This document shows, piece by piece, positions 36,765 through 53,500 of a stretch of DNA of 64,000 nucleotides. The notes beneath the pieces were generated by a model that did not search any database, was not told the DNA's origin, and was given only the letters and a program-made list of their open reading frames with translations. The stretch is taken from NCBI GenBank assembly GCA_028534125.1, contig CM052832.1:16556001-16620000 (forward strand), read 5' to 3'. This stretch comes from Lama glama. Lineage: Eukaryota. A program made the position numbers and the translations under genes. Position 1 is the first letter of the stretch; each line of letters begins with the position of its first letter.

Positions 36765-36889
36765 CATCCAGGGGGCGGGGCCAGAGGTCAAGGCTAGTGG
36801 GTGGGATTGGGGAGGGAGAGAGGGGTTGAGCAGTCCCTTGGAGAGCCCTCGTTTTACTAGGCCCCCGGCTTGGGGCGCCTTCCTTCCCC
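36765..36889 (+). promoter_or_regulatory. POU5F1 proximal promoter CR1 (Sp1 GC box plus overlapping nuclear-receptor element)
   Basis: GGGGGCGGGGCCAGAGGTCAAGGCTA at 36771-36796, TATA-less, about 100 nt upstream of the ATG. Matches the known OCT4 GC box plus AGGTCA-AGGCTA element. Confidence 0.9.
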
Positions 36890-41349
<4,460 letters not shown>

Positions 41350-43245
41350 GGTGCCTGCCCTTCCCAGGAATGAGGTGGAGGGCAGAGGAAGGGGAGAGCT
41401 AGGGAGAGAACCCTGGGGTTTGTACCAGGGCTTTGGGATTAAGTTCTTCATTCACTAAGAAAGGAATTGGGGACACAAAGGGTGTGGGGCAGGGAGTTTG
41501 GGGTAACTGATTGGAGGGAAGGTGAAGTTCAATGATGCTCTTGATTTTAATCCCCACATCACTAATCACTTTGTGCTTAAATAAAGAAGCCTGGGACCCG
41601 GTAGATGGATACACTTGTCTTTGGTTTATCCTCCTTTGGTTACTGAAGGGTGGACGGGGATATCTAATAGTGGATATTAACAGCTCTCAGACCCAAATGA
41701 CCCTGTAGCTAAGGTGCCCTTTAAGCTGCTGAGAGTCACAATGTCACAGGGAGATCTGGGATTGGAATCTGAGTTTATAAGTAGAGGGCTTATATGGGTG
41801 TGAACTTAGTTCTTAGGATCCTGTGACCTGGCTTCTGGGAAAATTGGAGGTAAGTGCCTTATTTTTGCCCAAAGATGCAGTTACTGCATAGTCCATTTCC
41901 TATTAGAAGCTGCCTTTTTGCTTTTCCTCACTCTACTCTAAAAGTCCTTAGTGGCTTTATGCCAAGAAATCGAATCTTCTAGATAACTTTTTTCTTCTGT
42001 TTATCACCCCAACCAGAAATCCCACCTTTTGCGTTCTTGATACGGGGTCCGTTTGGTTCCCACCTAAGGTTTTTGCCTACCCTGTCTGTAAGTGACTCAC
42101 CCCACCCCACCCCACCCCACCCCAATTTTAGTCCTGGCTCTGCCACTACCTGATTGGGGCCCTTGCTCTGGACCTTTCCTCAATGTGTAAAAAAGTTGGG
42201 TTGGTAATAAGTAGGAGATGGAAGGGGATGGACATGCAGATTGCAATAGAATAGGTCAAGATGAGGCTTTCCTAATTAGAACCATAGAAATGATGCTTTG
42301 ATAGCATCTTGGCTTGGAGTAAGACTCAGAAGAGAGTCATTGTAGCATATGTGGATCAACTGATATACTGGACCAGGTCGCATCTGCTCTAGCCCGTGTC
42401 CCAGATTTTATCTTCCTGGTAGTACTGGTGGAACTTGTAAAAGTTCTGCCACCCTCATGAACTTGACCAAATTCCAAATACCTTATTTGAATGGCACTGG
42501 ATCTGTTTTCCTTTAAACGAGAAACTGTAATTACCTTTTTTCCTGTCTTTCTATCTGCAGTTCATCCCATGCACCTTTTCAGTGAGTAGGTTCATATTTC
42601 TCTGTGCCTTGTCTGCTCATCTCTCTTCCCCTAAGAATCTGATTTAGTTCTCCAGACTTTACCAAGTCCATTCTCCCAAGAATTGGAAAGCAAGGAGTAT
42701 CAGACCCACGGACAGAAGCTGCTTATTCTTTATTTGGAAATGGAAGCAAAGCTCTGAAAAGCCAGGTCACAATCATTGTCAGTGGAAGGATTACTCACAA
42801 TGTAAGAAGGAAGTCTGGGGCTGTGCCCTAGGTTTTCCCAGAGGTGCCTTAGGTGATGCCATCCAAGGACATTAAGAACTTGCTTGTTCAAGTCCGGGGC
42901 TTCCACCTTCCCAGGCATGACCTCTGCAATTTATGGGTGCTCTTGACCACAGACATCCTAGGGTCCATGACAACATCTTATAAGTGGGACTCTCCAGCTC
43001 ACTTCCTAGCTGGAGCAACTTCCTAGATGCAGCAATATCTTTGGCAGGAAACCATCTCTTCTGTCACCTTGGCCATGAGGGCTTGCTCCAGGCCTTGAAT
43101 TGACATCCATAGCCATGGACCCTTCCCCTGCAGTCATTCCCTCCTGGGGAGGCAAGGGAAAAGAGGGTATCTCTTAGGATCCACTGGCACCCCAGTGTCC
43201 ACCTGGAAGTGCCAGCTCTGTCCTCTGGTGCTTTGGTGGTGGACC

Positions 43246-45584
43246 TTAGGTCTGGATACCTACACGACACCCTGGGCATCGAAAGTCGGCTTCCCTGGCA
43301 GCCTGGATGCTGCAGCCAACACAGGCCACGTGGAACCAGATGTCACAACCATCACACTGAACCCAGGCTACTGTCTCTTCTTGGGGTAGGCAGCAACAAG
43401 GGGCTGCACAGGGCTCCCCGCCCCCAACTGCAGGGGAGGCCCTGGGCGTGCTCACTGGGTGCTTCCGAGGACGCCCACGTCGATTTCTGAAGAAAGTGAC
43501 ACAAAAACCAGGGTCACTGGAAACCTGCAGTAGCCTAGGACTTTCCCCTGGATAACTGAGAGTGAACCTAGATAGATTTACTAGACGAATGGTGAATCTG
43601 GTTAGTAGAACCAACCTAGGTCTTGCCATTCCAAAATCTGTTCCACCTCCAACCCCCCAAGCAGAGAGCCACCTCCCAGCCTAGGGCTCTAAAACGGAAT
43701 CAAGGCAGTGAAATACTGAGACCGAGATTTTTCCACTTACCCATTGGGTGTCGGAGTCTTCTCTACACGGAGTTTCTTCCTGGGCTCCATAAGGACTGGT
43801 GGGGGGCTCTCGGGAGCCTCTCTCTCATCATCCAGTTCTGCCAGCACTCGGTGAGCTGATTTCCTCCGGTTTCTTGGGGCTGGGGCAGAAGGGGTGGTCC
43901 CTACTTCCCCAGGGGGAGTTGGAGTGGGCTGGCTCTGTAGCACCCCCCCACTCCGAGAGAAGGTGAGGGGCTGGGAGTGGAGCTTGCTGAGGCTGCCAAT
44001 GGAGTTGAGGATCAGCGTGGCTTTGGGGGCAGGGGAGAGGGTGCTGAGGGGGCGCTGTGGAGCCCCCTGGGAGGGCAGTACGGGCTGGAAACCAGTCCCG
44101 GTTCCCTGGTCTCCCCTAGACCGTGGAATGGTAATGGCAGCAAAATCTTGAGGTTTGACTCGGACTTGCTGAAACATGTAGAACTCCGAGGGGCTGGTTC
44201 CTGGGGGGCCTTCTGGACCAAAGGTCAGAAGGTCACCATCACTCAACTCCAGCCTGTGACCCCTTGGGAGTCGGACATTATTGACCAAAGTCCCTGTTGA
44301 TGGTAGGGCACCAGACAGAACGACAAAAACAAACAACTGGTCAGAAGTGGAGAAATCTGGTCCTGTTTGATTTTCTGGGGAACATGAGGAAGAACATGAC
44401 ACCTGTCATCAAATTCTTACATTCTAAGTCCCTCCAGGTGACATCAGATATGAACTCCTTGTGAGTTGGGAATGTTTATTTTTCTTATGCCCTCCCACAG
44501 GGCATGTGGAGGGAATGAACTTCCATCACACCACTGAGGTCTGATTCTCTGAGATGCTGTCACGCAGCTCCAACTCAGCACTTATCAACATAGCTCAGAC
44601 TGTCTGGGTTCAAATTCAAACTCCACCACTTACCAGCCATATGACCCTGGACAAATTAGCCTCTTTGTACCTCACTTTCCTTGTCTGTAAAATGGGGATG
44701 ATATTTGTGCTCATTTACATTTAGTGCACTCAGAACAGTGCTTGGCTCTTAAGAGTAAGCACTAAATGAATATTGGCTGCTATAGTTAACCAATCCCCAC
44801 AACACTTCCCAAGCAGACCTAGCAAAGACTTACATCTTACCTAAGAGTAACCTAAGACATAGAGAGGTGAAGTGACAGGCCTGAGTGACAATGCCAGGGG
44901 CCAGTGGCAGAACTCAATGTGAATCCAAGCCTGAGGATTGGATGTAAATCAGGAAGTAAGGAAGACACTCCCAGATCATTCAAACAACTCGACATATAAC
45001 TGTCCTAAGCAAAGACCAATGTGCCTTCGCAGATATGGAAACTGAGTCATGTCTGAGCTTGGTCCCCAAAGACTCCAGAACAATCCCAATGTGATACTGC
45101 CCTGATGATACCCCATGCCCTGGATCTACCTACCAGCCCTTGTATGAGCTAAACAGGGCCCATCAAGGATCAGCCCTGGAAAGAGCTTCTGATACTGCAC
45201 ACTCCTTAGTGGGAAGACAGGTCTGGATGACAATTGTCCATCCAACCTGATGGGGAGTTTGGGAGGCAGGCAGGGTCCCTGTGGAGACTCATTCCAGCCC
45301 AGAACTGTGGCTGCCCAGGTGCAAGGCTGCTCTGCTCACTCCTCACCTTGGCTGCTATGGTCCTCCAGGCTGACCCTCCAGTCATCGCCCCGGCGCTCAG
45401 CATGCAGCTCTGCGTGGACTCCAGAGATGAGGCCAGGCTCCTGCTGGGGCCGCAGGGCCACATCACACAGGTCGGCTCGGCAGCCCAGGCGGTAGGTGCA
45501 GCCAGTCCCGCTTGGAGGGTGGAAGGTGTAGAGATCGACACCCTTGCCGCCCCCTATGCGCAGCAGCTGGAAGCAGGGCAGCAT
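43246..45584 (-). CDS. TCF19: Transcription factor 19 (FHA plus PHD finger), 3 coding exons, 343 aa
   Basis: Exons 45584-45347 (MLPCFQLLRIGGG...), 44293-43741, 43486-43246 (WVQCDGCDIWFHVACVGC...CPGCRVGIQT). GT-AG, 1032 nt, open frame. AATAAA(-) at 42729-42734. Confidence 0.98.
44590..44780 (+). mobile_element. MIR SINE
   Basis: CTGGGTTCAAATTC...ATGACCCTGGACAAATTAG...CTGTAAAATGGGGATG core motif. Confidence 0.7.
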
Positions 45585-46299
45585 GGGCGGTGCCCCCTCC
45601 ACAACCTCTTTCACTTCAGGAATCCATCACCTTTCCCACTCCTGGGCCATGCACAGCTGGCCTAAGTTCACTTTCGTTCTGATGCAAGCTTGAGCTGTGC
45701 TTTGGGCAATTTCAACTTTGGGCACACTCCCTGAGTAATGCAAATTCAGAGTGCGAGGAGCCTAGGATGTTATGTAAAATTGGCTGTCAACAGATTTGCA
45801 ACTGAAAAATCTGGTGAAGGTCCCAGGGTAGTGCAAAAACGAAGGCGTCCTATGGCATTAAGTTGAATCAGATCCTCAGTCCGCAGGATATTCCAGGAGC
45901 CTTCAATCTGTGCAAGGCAACAATACATTAGGCAGCTTCTAGGGAAGTTCTGTAGGTGTATGGGTTGGGGGTGGGTTCCTGCTTCTGTGTGATACTAACT
46001 TGTCACCTCGGTGTAATCTGCAGAAGAGAAGCTTCTTTCTGTCAAACATTTTTATCCAAATGGAGTAACCCTCCTGCCAGCCCGCGCCTGGCTCTTCTGG
46101 CCAATCCCACACTCATAACTAGTTAGTCTGAACCACAGTAGAAAATGTATCCACTGTCACCCCCAAAAGGCAGTGCAAACGAGTCTCTACGTTCTCCAAC
46201 CAAGCAGATCTAAAACCCTGCTTCCTGACTTCTCCAGGTGGGGTAAAAACAGGAAAGGGCTCCCCAGGATCATGCAAGGCAAAACCAGCATTTTTCCTC

Positions 46300-46910
46300 C
46301 CCGCCCCAGCCCGGTTCGTATCTACCGCGCGGTGCAGTCTCGGAGTGGTCCCCTCTCCAGGCAGTGCCAGCCTGTGCGGCAGCCCAGGACCTCTCGAGCT
46401 CCGGCCGGGGCTGGCTCTCCTGCGGCTGTTTGACAGCGAGGAAGTGAGGCCAGGAGGGGCGCGGCCTCAGTGCGCGGGCAGCGCCGACCCCGCCTTCGGA
46501 ATTCCCGGGTCCGAACTTCGCGCCGAGCGAGCCCGCCCCTCGTGCTGTTTCTGATTGGCCAGCTCGTTTGCCCTCCTTCTCTGCATTGGGTAGCTTGCTG
46601 GGAGGATCCCCGATCTCCCGCCTTCCGCTTTTTCTGATTTGTTCACAAGTTTTCCCGGGTTCCCGGAGTCGGGAGGAGCCGCCAGGGCGCGGAGATGCCC
46701 CTAATGCCTTAATTGGGCTGGGCTTTAGACACTACTGCGCCTGCGTGCACTTCTTTCCCTCCTCCTTCCGGGGTAGTACAGGGCTTTAGAGCGGCCCGCC
46801 AACCTGCCCGCTTTGCGCAGGCGCGGTCTGGAGCGGAGGCCACGCCCGGGATCTAGGTGTAGGGGGTGTGGCCAAAGGGCAGAAGGGTCTCTCGCGCTGG
46901 GTAAGGGGCA
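46300..46910. promoter_or_regulatory. CpG-rich bidirectional promoter of TCF19 and CCHCR1
   Basis: CpG-rich stretch between head-to-head genes. E2F-like TTCGCGCC (46517-46524), CCAAT(-) near 46555, NRF1-like TGCGCAGGCGC near 46814, and a possible non-coding exon donor GTAAGG at 46901. Confidence 0.75.
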
Positions 46911-47506
46911 TTCGGGGAGAGTCGGTTGGGGGCGGGAAGGGGCTGTGAAAGGGTTGCAGGGGTGGGTTCAGGGGTCCACAGGGTGAAGAGTACAGGGGCC
47001 GGGGGAAGGAACAAATGAGGTGGTCAGAAAGCCTTCGAGCTCAGCGTCCAGCAGAGTGAAGACTCAGGAGTATCTGGGGAAGAGGAGCGAGGGAGAGCAG
47101 GCTATTGAGTTGAGGGATGAGAGTGAGGGGCCAGAAGAATTCCTTCAGGATGAAAGCGAAGTAGGATGTGGGGAGGAGGGTAGGAATCCCAAATTGGGGG
47201 AAAAATAGATGAATTCGGGTGGGAGAGTGGGGAATTCTTGAAGAGCCCTCTCTATGCTCTAAGTCTCTGGAGAGGCTGATGGGCGACAGAAATGGAACCT
47301 GAGGGGACAGTAGAGAGAAACTGAGGAAAGTTGCTGGAAGGGTTTGGATGAGATGTCAGGAAGCTGACTTTCCTGCCAAGGGGTCTAGGCTGCCTGGATC
47401 CCCCCCTCCCCCCGGGGTCCTGAGTAGGCATCCTGCCCTACTTTTGGCCACATTCATCTGGGGCCAGGCTTGGGCCAGTGCTTTGAGAGGGAAGGATCCA
47501 GGAGTC

Positions 47507-50500
47507 ATGGCTTGGTGGTGTCTGGATGGGCTTCCTCAAGGCCTTGCTGAGCCGTGGAGAGAACTCTGGAGATTGGGCTCACAGCCCCTGCACTGCATAC
47601 CTCCTTTCTCACCTCCATCCAGGAACGGCAGAGACTGTAGAAACTTAAGGAGGATGGTAAAGGCACTGCCCAGAATTCTAAACATATGAGTAAAACCTAA
47701 GAGCCTCTCAGCCTGTTTCAGTACATTCTCTCCATCTCATGGCTGTTGCTGTAGTTCTATCAGGAACCAAATTGAGAAAAGCAAGTTGATCTTCGAGTAT
47801 TTCCTACTTCTTTTGGGAAGGAGGAAAAGAGGAGTTAAAAGTTGATGGACCTGGCTGCTATTTAAGGATTATGACTTTGTTATTGTTAGGAGCGCTCTCT
47901 TGGGAAGGTGGCCTGAAAATTAAGTTGGAGTGTCCTTGTTTCTCCTATTGTCCAGGGGAACATAGATGGCTGGACACAGAATCTAGAGACTTCAAATAAT
48001 GTGGAGATGTTTCGACCTTCAGGTCAGTGGGACCTGGCAAGGGGACTGGTGATTGTGTCTCCCTGGGGAACTGACCATCTTTGTCCTTGCGATTCCTCAG
48101 GTTCCACTGGGCTGATTCCCCCATCCCACTTCCAAGCTCGGCCCCGTCCAACTCTGCCAAGAATGGCTCCCACTTGGGTCTCAGACATTCCCCTGATCCA
48201 ACCCCCAGCCCATCACGATGTCTCAGAGAGGCAGCCAGACAACCAGAGACTTCAAGTGACCATGTGGGAACCGGAAGTTTCTGGCAAAGGGCAGGAGCCC
48301 AGGTGGAGAGGCAGGTAGGGGTCCACCGTGGCTGTTTTCTTAGGCTTGCTCGCCAGTGACCCTTCTTCAGTGAAATAGATTTCTTACGCTATTTCAGCCC
48401 TTAGTTCCGTGATTTGTTCATTTTTAAGTAAGAAATTGTTGGTGCCTATAATGCGTAAATAATCATAAGGCCATGTGTTAGCTGCTAGGGACAGGGGTAC
48501 CAAAAATGAGTAAGAGAGATCCTGATATTAAGGAGTTTAAAATCCTAAGGGAAGAGATAGCTTGGTCCGCAGCTGATATATTAAGCATAGTATAAAACAA
48601 GAAGTGTGGGCTGGGCATACAGACCCGGTGCTGTGGCGGTGTGCATTCATTCTGATGGAGTTGGCTGTTCTATTTGTCAACGTGCTGTCTGTTAAAATTC
48701 TTATTCTTGATGTTTCATGTGGGTCTTTTCCCAAATGGACTGGAACATCATTTTCTGCCATTTTGCTCTCAAGCAGAAATGCTGATGGATCTACCTTGGA
48801 CCCCACCCTAGAGAAGGGTGCATGATGATGCAAAGGTAGCCCTGGAGTGAATGGCAGGAGATGGAGACTCTCCGTGGCTAGTTTGGCTACCAGTGAGGAG
48901 TCTTTTGACCAGTCACTTAATTACTCTAGGCTGCAGATCTCTGCCACTTTTTAAAAAAAGTCCTGTGGTCCTGGGCCTCAGTGAGGGAGCTGTATCAAGA
49001 GCCATGTCATAAGCGGCTTTAAACTTTATGTGACACCAGTAGGCTGTGCTCTCCAGAGGTTGGGACTATGTAATTTATTGAGGTGCTGCCCTCAGACTTC
49101 TCACGCAGTATACCTGACATTCAATAAATGATTTTAATGAGCGCCTGGCCTTGCTGTACTGATACTGGAAGCTGTGACCTTTCTTTGCACCTCCCTAACT
49201 TTTCCTTGCCCTTAAATCAGAATTCAGAAGTCTCCGAGTGTCTTTCCAACTTGGACTGTGTCACCTCATAATATGTGCATTTGATGTTTAACATATCTGC
49301 CTATGTATTGCCCCCAAGAGAGCATGTTCTGTGATCTCAGCTAGCCTTTAGGTCCTGTGGGCCCAGGTATGCTTAGTGGGGCCTGGATGAATGTTGATGC
49401 TGGTGGAAGTGCAGAGATCCCCAGGGCCCAGTTTCATCCCCTGCCATCTCCCCACTCAGGAGCAGAGGGAGTCTCTTCTTTTCCTGTCTCCATTTATGCC
49501 TTGGCCACTCTCTTGGCATGAGACAGGTCTCACCTGTGCTAACCTGTCTTCGAAGGTCCGTGGAGCTACCTGGGTCGCAGGCCCTGAGCCAGCAGGCTGA
49601 GCTGATCTCTCGGCAGCTGCAAGAGCTGCGGCGGCTGGAGGAGGAGGTCCGGGTGCTGCGGGAAACCTCGCTGCAGCAGAAGATGAGGCTAGAGTCCCAG
49701 GCCATGGAGCTGGAGGCTCTGGCCCGGGCGGAGAAGGCCGGCCGTGCTGAGGCCGAGGGCCTGCGTGCCGCCTTGGCGGGGGCTGAGGTTGTCCGGAAGA
49801 ACCTGGAAGAGGGGAGCCAGCGGGAGCTGGAGGAGGTTCAGAGGTTGCACCAAGAGCAGGTGAGTGTGGGTGTGAGAAGGGTTCAACTTCTCAACGTGAA
49901 CTGGGCAGGAGCTCCCCAGCAGAGAGCAGTGATGAGATGTTTGGTGAAGGTGAAAAAACTGGTGCCCTGGAAAGAAGGAGGACTTGGGTGTGTTGGTCTT
50001 ATTCAGACTGCACTTTCCCCCAGGACTCAGGTGACCTCCCACCACTTGAAGCCCTCCTTCCCCTTCCAGTAGGAAGTAGTTTGTCTTCCTACTTTTCTCT
50101 AGGTACCCAGTTCATAAGGGAGCACTGGGAAAGGGGAAGCAGAGTCCTAAGGTGGGCTGGAAAGGGGAGATTATTCAATCAGCAAGCATTTATCTCTGCT
50201 TGCTCTGTGCCATCCTGAGACAGGAGCTGGGATACTGGGGTGAGCGAATTAGCCCAGTCCCTGCCCTCAGGGGTGGAGCTGACAGCCTAGTGAGGGCACA
50301 CACATTCAAGGCTTAATTTAATCCTAATTCATTCATTGCCATTGGGAGAAGTGCCATGAAGGAGAAGGACAAAGGAGCCCTAACTGGTCTGGGGGTTTCC
50401 AGGACGCCACCCTAACCAGTTGACGTGTGAGGAAGTAAAGACATTGAAAGAAAATATGGGTGAATACCCATAATGTGGGAATGGGAAAGCCTTTCTACCT

Positions 50501-53500
50501 ATGAATCAAAATCCAGAGCCATTAAAGTTTGACATACTGACTTTATAAAACTAAACTTAAGAATGACAAGATAAAAGTAAAATTAAAGGACCAAATAAAG
50601 GAGGGAAGATTATTTACAGCTCATATCATAGGAAGAAGCTAACATCCCTATTCTATAACGTGTGCCTAGAAATCAGGATGGAAACACAGCAGTCCAGTCA
50701 GAAAATGAACAAAGGAGATCATTTGAAGAAAAATATATAGGGCCTTTAGATTCATGAAAGATGCTTAGTGATAAGAGGCTGACATCTGTGCACTAGGAGT
50801 GGCTGGTGGGGCGGCCTGTGGGGCGGCAGTGGGGCTGGTGCAACACTGGGCAGCACGTGGACGGGAGGAGGCCCGAGGGGCTTGAGTGCAGGCAGTGAGG
50901 GGGCGCTGGGTGCTGGGGTGGAGTGTGAGGCCTCGGGCTCTTCAACTTTATACTTTACCTTAAGAGCAATAGGCAGCTGTCGAAAGATTTTAAACAAGGA
51001 AATGACATGATTGGATTTGTATTTTAGGTCTAAAAGGACCACTTTTGTGATTTATGTCCAAACAGCTCACTGTGACGGGGTTCTGGAGATAGGACTAGAG
51101 GCCGGCAGGCAGGAAATGGGGGCAGCCACTTCCCTCCTTCACCGGCCAACCCCTGACTCCTTCAGCATCTCTGACACCCTTAGCACTGTCGGAGGTGCCG
51201 TGAGAAAAGGACAGGCTCCCTGTCTTCCTAGAGCTTCCTTTCAAATGGAGGGAGGCAGGTAGTAAGCACGTGTAGAAGCAAGATGGTGTCATAATGATAA
51301 AAATGCAGGAAGGGCCTGAACAGGTGATGGGGCCCAGCGGGAAGATCAGGATTAGAGGCCTGGTGAGGCCTTCCCGAGGGAGTGACATCACCTGAGATCT
51401 GAGGCGCTGGGGGAACTCAAGCCTCCAGGTTGACTCCAAGGTGGGAAGGAGCGGGCTTGTTGAGGGGACGATGGGAGAGCGCTGTGGCCGGAGTGCCGTG
51501 GGCAGTGGAAGAGCGACAAGAGACAGGCTTAGAGAAGTGGGCAGAGGCCAAGGAAGGACACTGGCCTGCACACTGTGGTAAGTAAGCCACTGGAGGGTTT
51601 TCAAGACCAGTCAGGAGACTGTTGCCGTTGTCCGGGCCAGAGATGAGAGTGGTTTACCCAAGGTTGGTGGCTGTGGAGATGAGAGGAGTGACAGTACTTG
51701 GGGGGAGAACTGGCAGGAACTGCTGATGGATTGGAGAGTGATGGGGGCGTGGGCCCCCCAGGCTGGTCTCTGTTTTGCCATGCACAGTTGGGTGATTTCC
51801 TGGGTGGTCGTCTGAGGTCACATGTGGTGAGAGTGAGGGAGCTCACCTCTGCTGAGCCCTCCCTTCTCTCTGCAGCTCTCCTCCTTGATGCAGGCTCACC
51901 AGGAGGCTCTTTCCAGTTTGACTAACAAAGCAGGGGGCCTGGAGAAATCTCTGAGTAGTCTGGAAACCAGGAGGTCAGGGGAAGCCAAGGAGCTGGCCGC
52001 AGCCCAGAGGGAGACTGAGCTGCTTCGGAAACAGCTGAGGTGAGTGGAGGGGGTGGGTGGCTGGAGGGGAGCCCAGCAGTTGGTGGGTTGGTGGGTGGGG
52101 TAGGTTTCCAGCCAGGGTAGCCCCACTGAATGGCTACCCTGTTCCCACCCCAACCCTAGCAAGACCCAAGAAGACTTGGAGGCTCAGGTGACCTTGGTTG
52201 AGAATCTAAGAAGATACGTAGGGGAGCAAGTCCCTCCTGAGGTCCACAGCCAGACGTGGGAATCAGAGCGACAGGAGCTTCTAGAAACTGTGCAGGTACA
52301 GGGCATGAGGTGGGACAAGGGCTCCGGTTCTGGGAAAGGGGCCCCTGGAGAAGAACACAGACCCCTGGAGAGAAGGCAGTGCTATACAGGGAGGCACAGA
52401 CTGGCCACTGCCTGAGGGCCAGCTGGGAGCCCAGACAGAGGCGTCTGCCCTCTCTCTCCCTCCACCCCGACCCGCAGCACTTGCATGAGGACCGGGATGG
52501 TCTGCACACCACGGCCGAGCTGCTGCAAGTGCGAGTCCAGAGCCTCACGCACATCCTCTCCATGCAGGAGGAGGAGCTGGCCCGGAAGGTAGGCCCCTCA
52601 TGCCCTGGGTACCTCCCTGCGGGTGGGAGGGGTGATGTGCCACAGCCAGAACCTGTTGGCGTCCCTCCTTCCCACGCCTCTTCTTGCTGTGGCTCCTGCT
52701 GCGTGGGCAGGATAGAAGAGACAAACCCACCTCCTCCCTCTGCTCCCCGGGGAGCCCACAGTCTCCTCTCTTCCTCCACCCTGCAGGTTCAGCCTTCAGA
52801 CTGCCTGGAGCCTGAGTTCACCAGGAAGTGCCAGTCCCTGCTGAAGCGCTGGCGGGAGAAGGTGTTTGCCCTCATGGTGCAGCTGAAGGCCCAGGAGCTG
52901 GAGCACAGAGGATGCGTGGAGCAGCTGAAGGGGCAGGTCACTTGACGCTCTTTCTCCCCACGTTCTCCCCCTGCCCTCCACTCCTGTGCTCCTTACGTAA
53001 GGGATGACATTTAGTCAGTAAATACTGAGTGGTTCCCATGTGCTGGCGGCACAGCCCTGAGCAAAGGGAGACAAGGACCTGTTCTCAGGGGCCGACATTC
53101 TGTGAGTTGGGCCAGCCTTGGGTAAGATGGTCAGTGACGGCCTTCCCAAGTTGGTGACAGTGTCCAAGGATGGGTGGGTGGCATGAACAGAGGCCAGGCG
53201 TCCTTCTGGGTGGGTCACAGGGTGGCTCCTCAAGCTGTGGACACACGGAACATGTTTCCGGAAGGAAACCCGGACTCAGACTCCATTCTCGGGAATGGGA
53301 GCTTCTGGCCTCCCCGCGTGGCCTTCTTTCAGAGACCTCTGCCCCTGGTCCTTCCTTCCCAGTGCCCCCACTGCAGCTTTCAGCACTGCCTCCTCTCCTA
53401 CCCCAGGTGGCAGAGCTCCAGGAAAGAGCTGAAACTCAGAGTCAGGAGCAGGCCATCCTGCAGCGCTCCCTGCAGGACAAAGCTGCAGAAGTGGAGGTGG

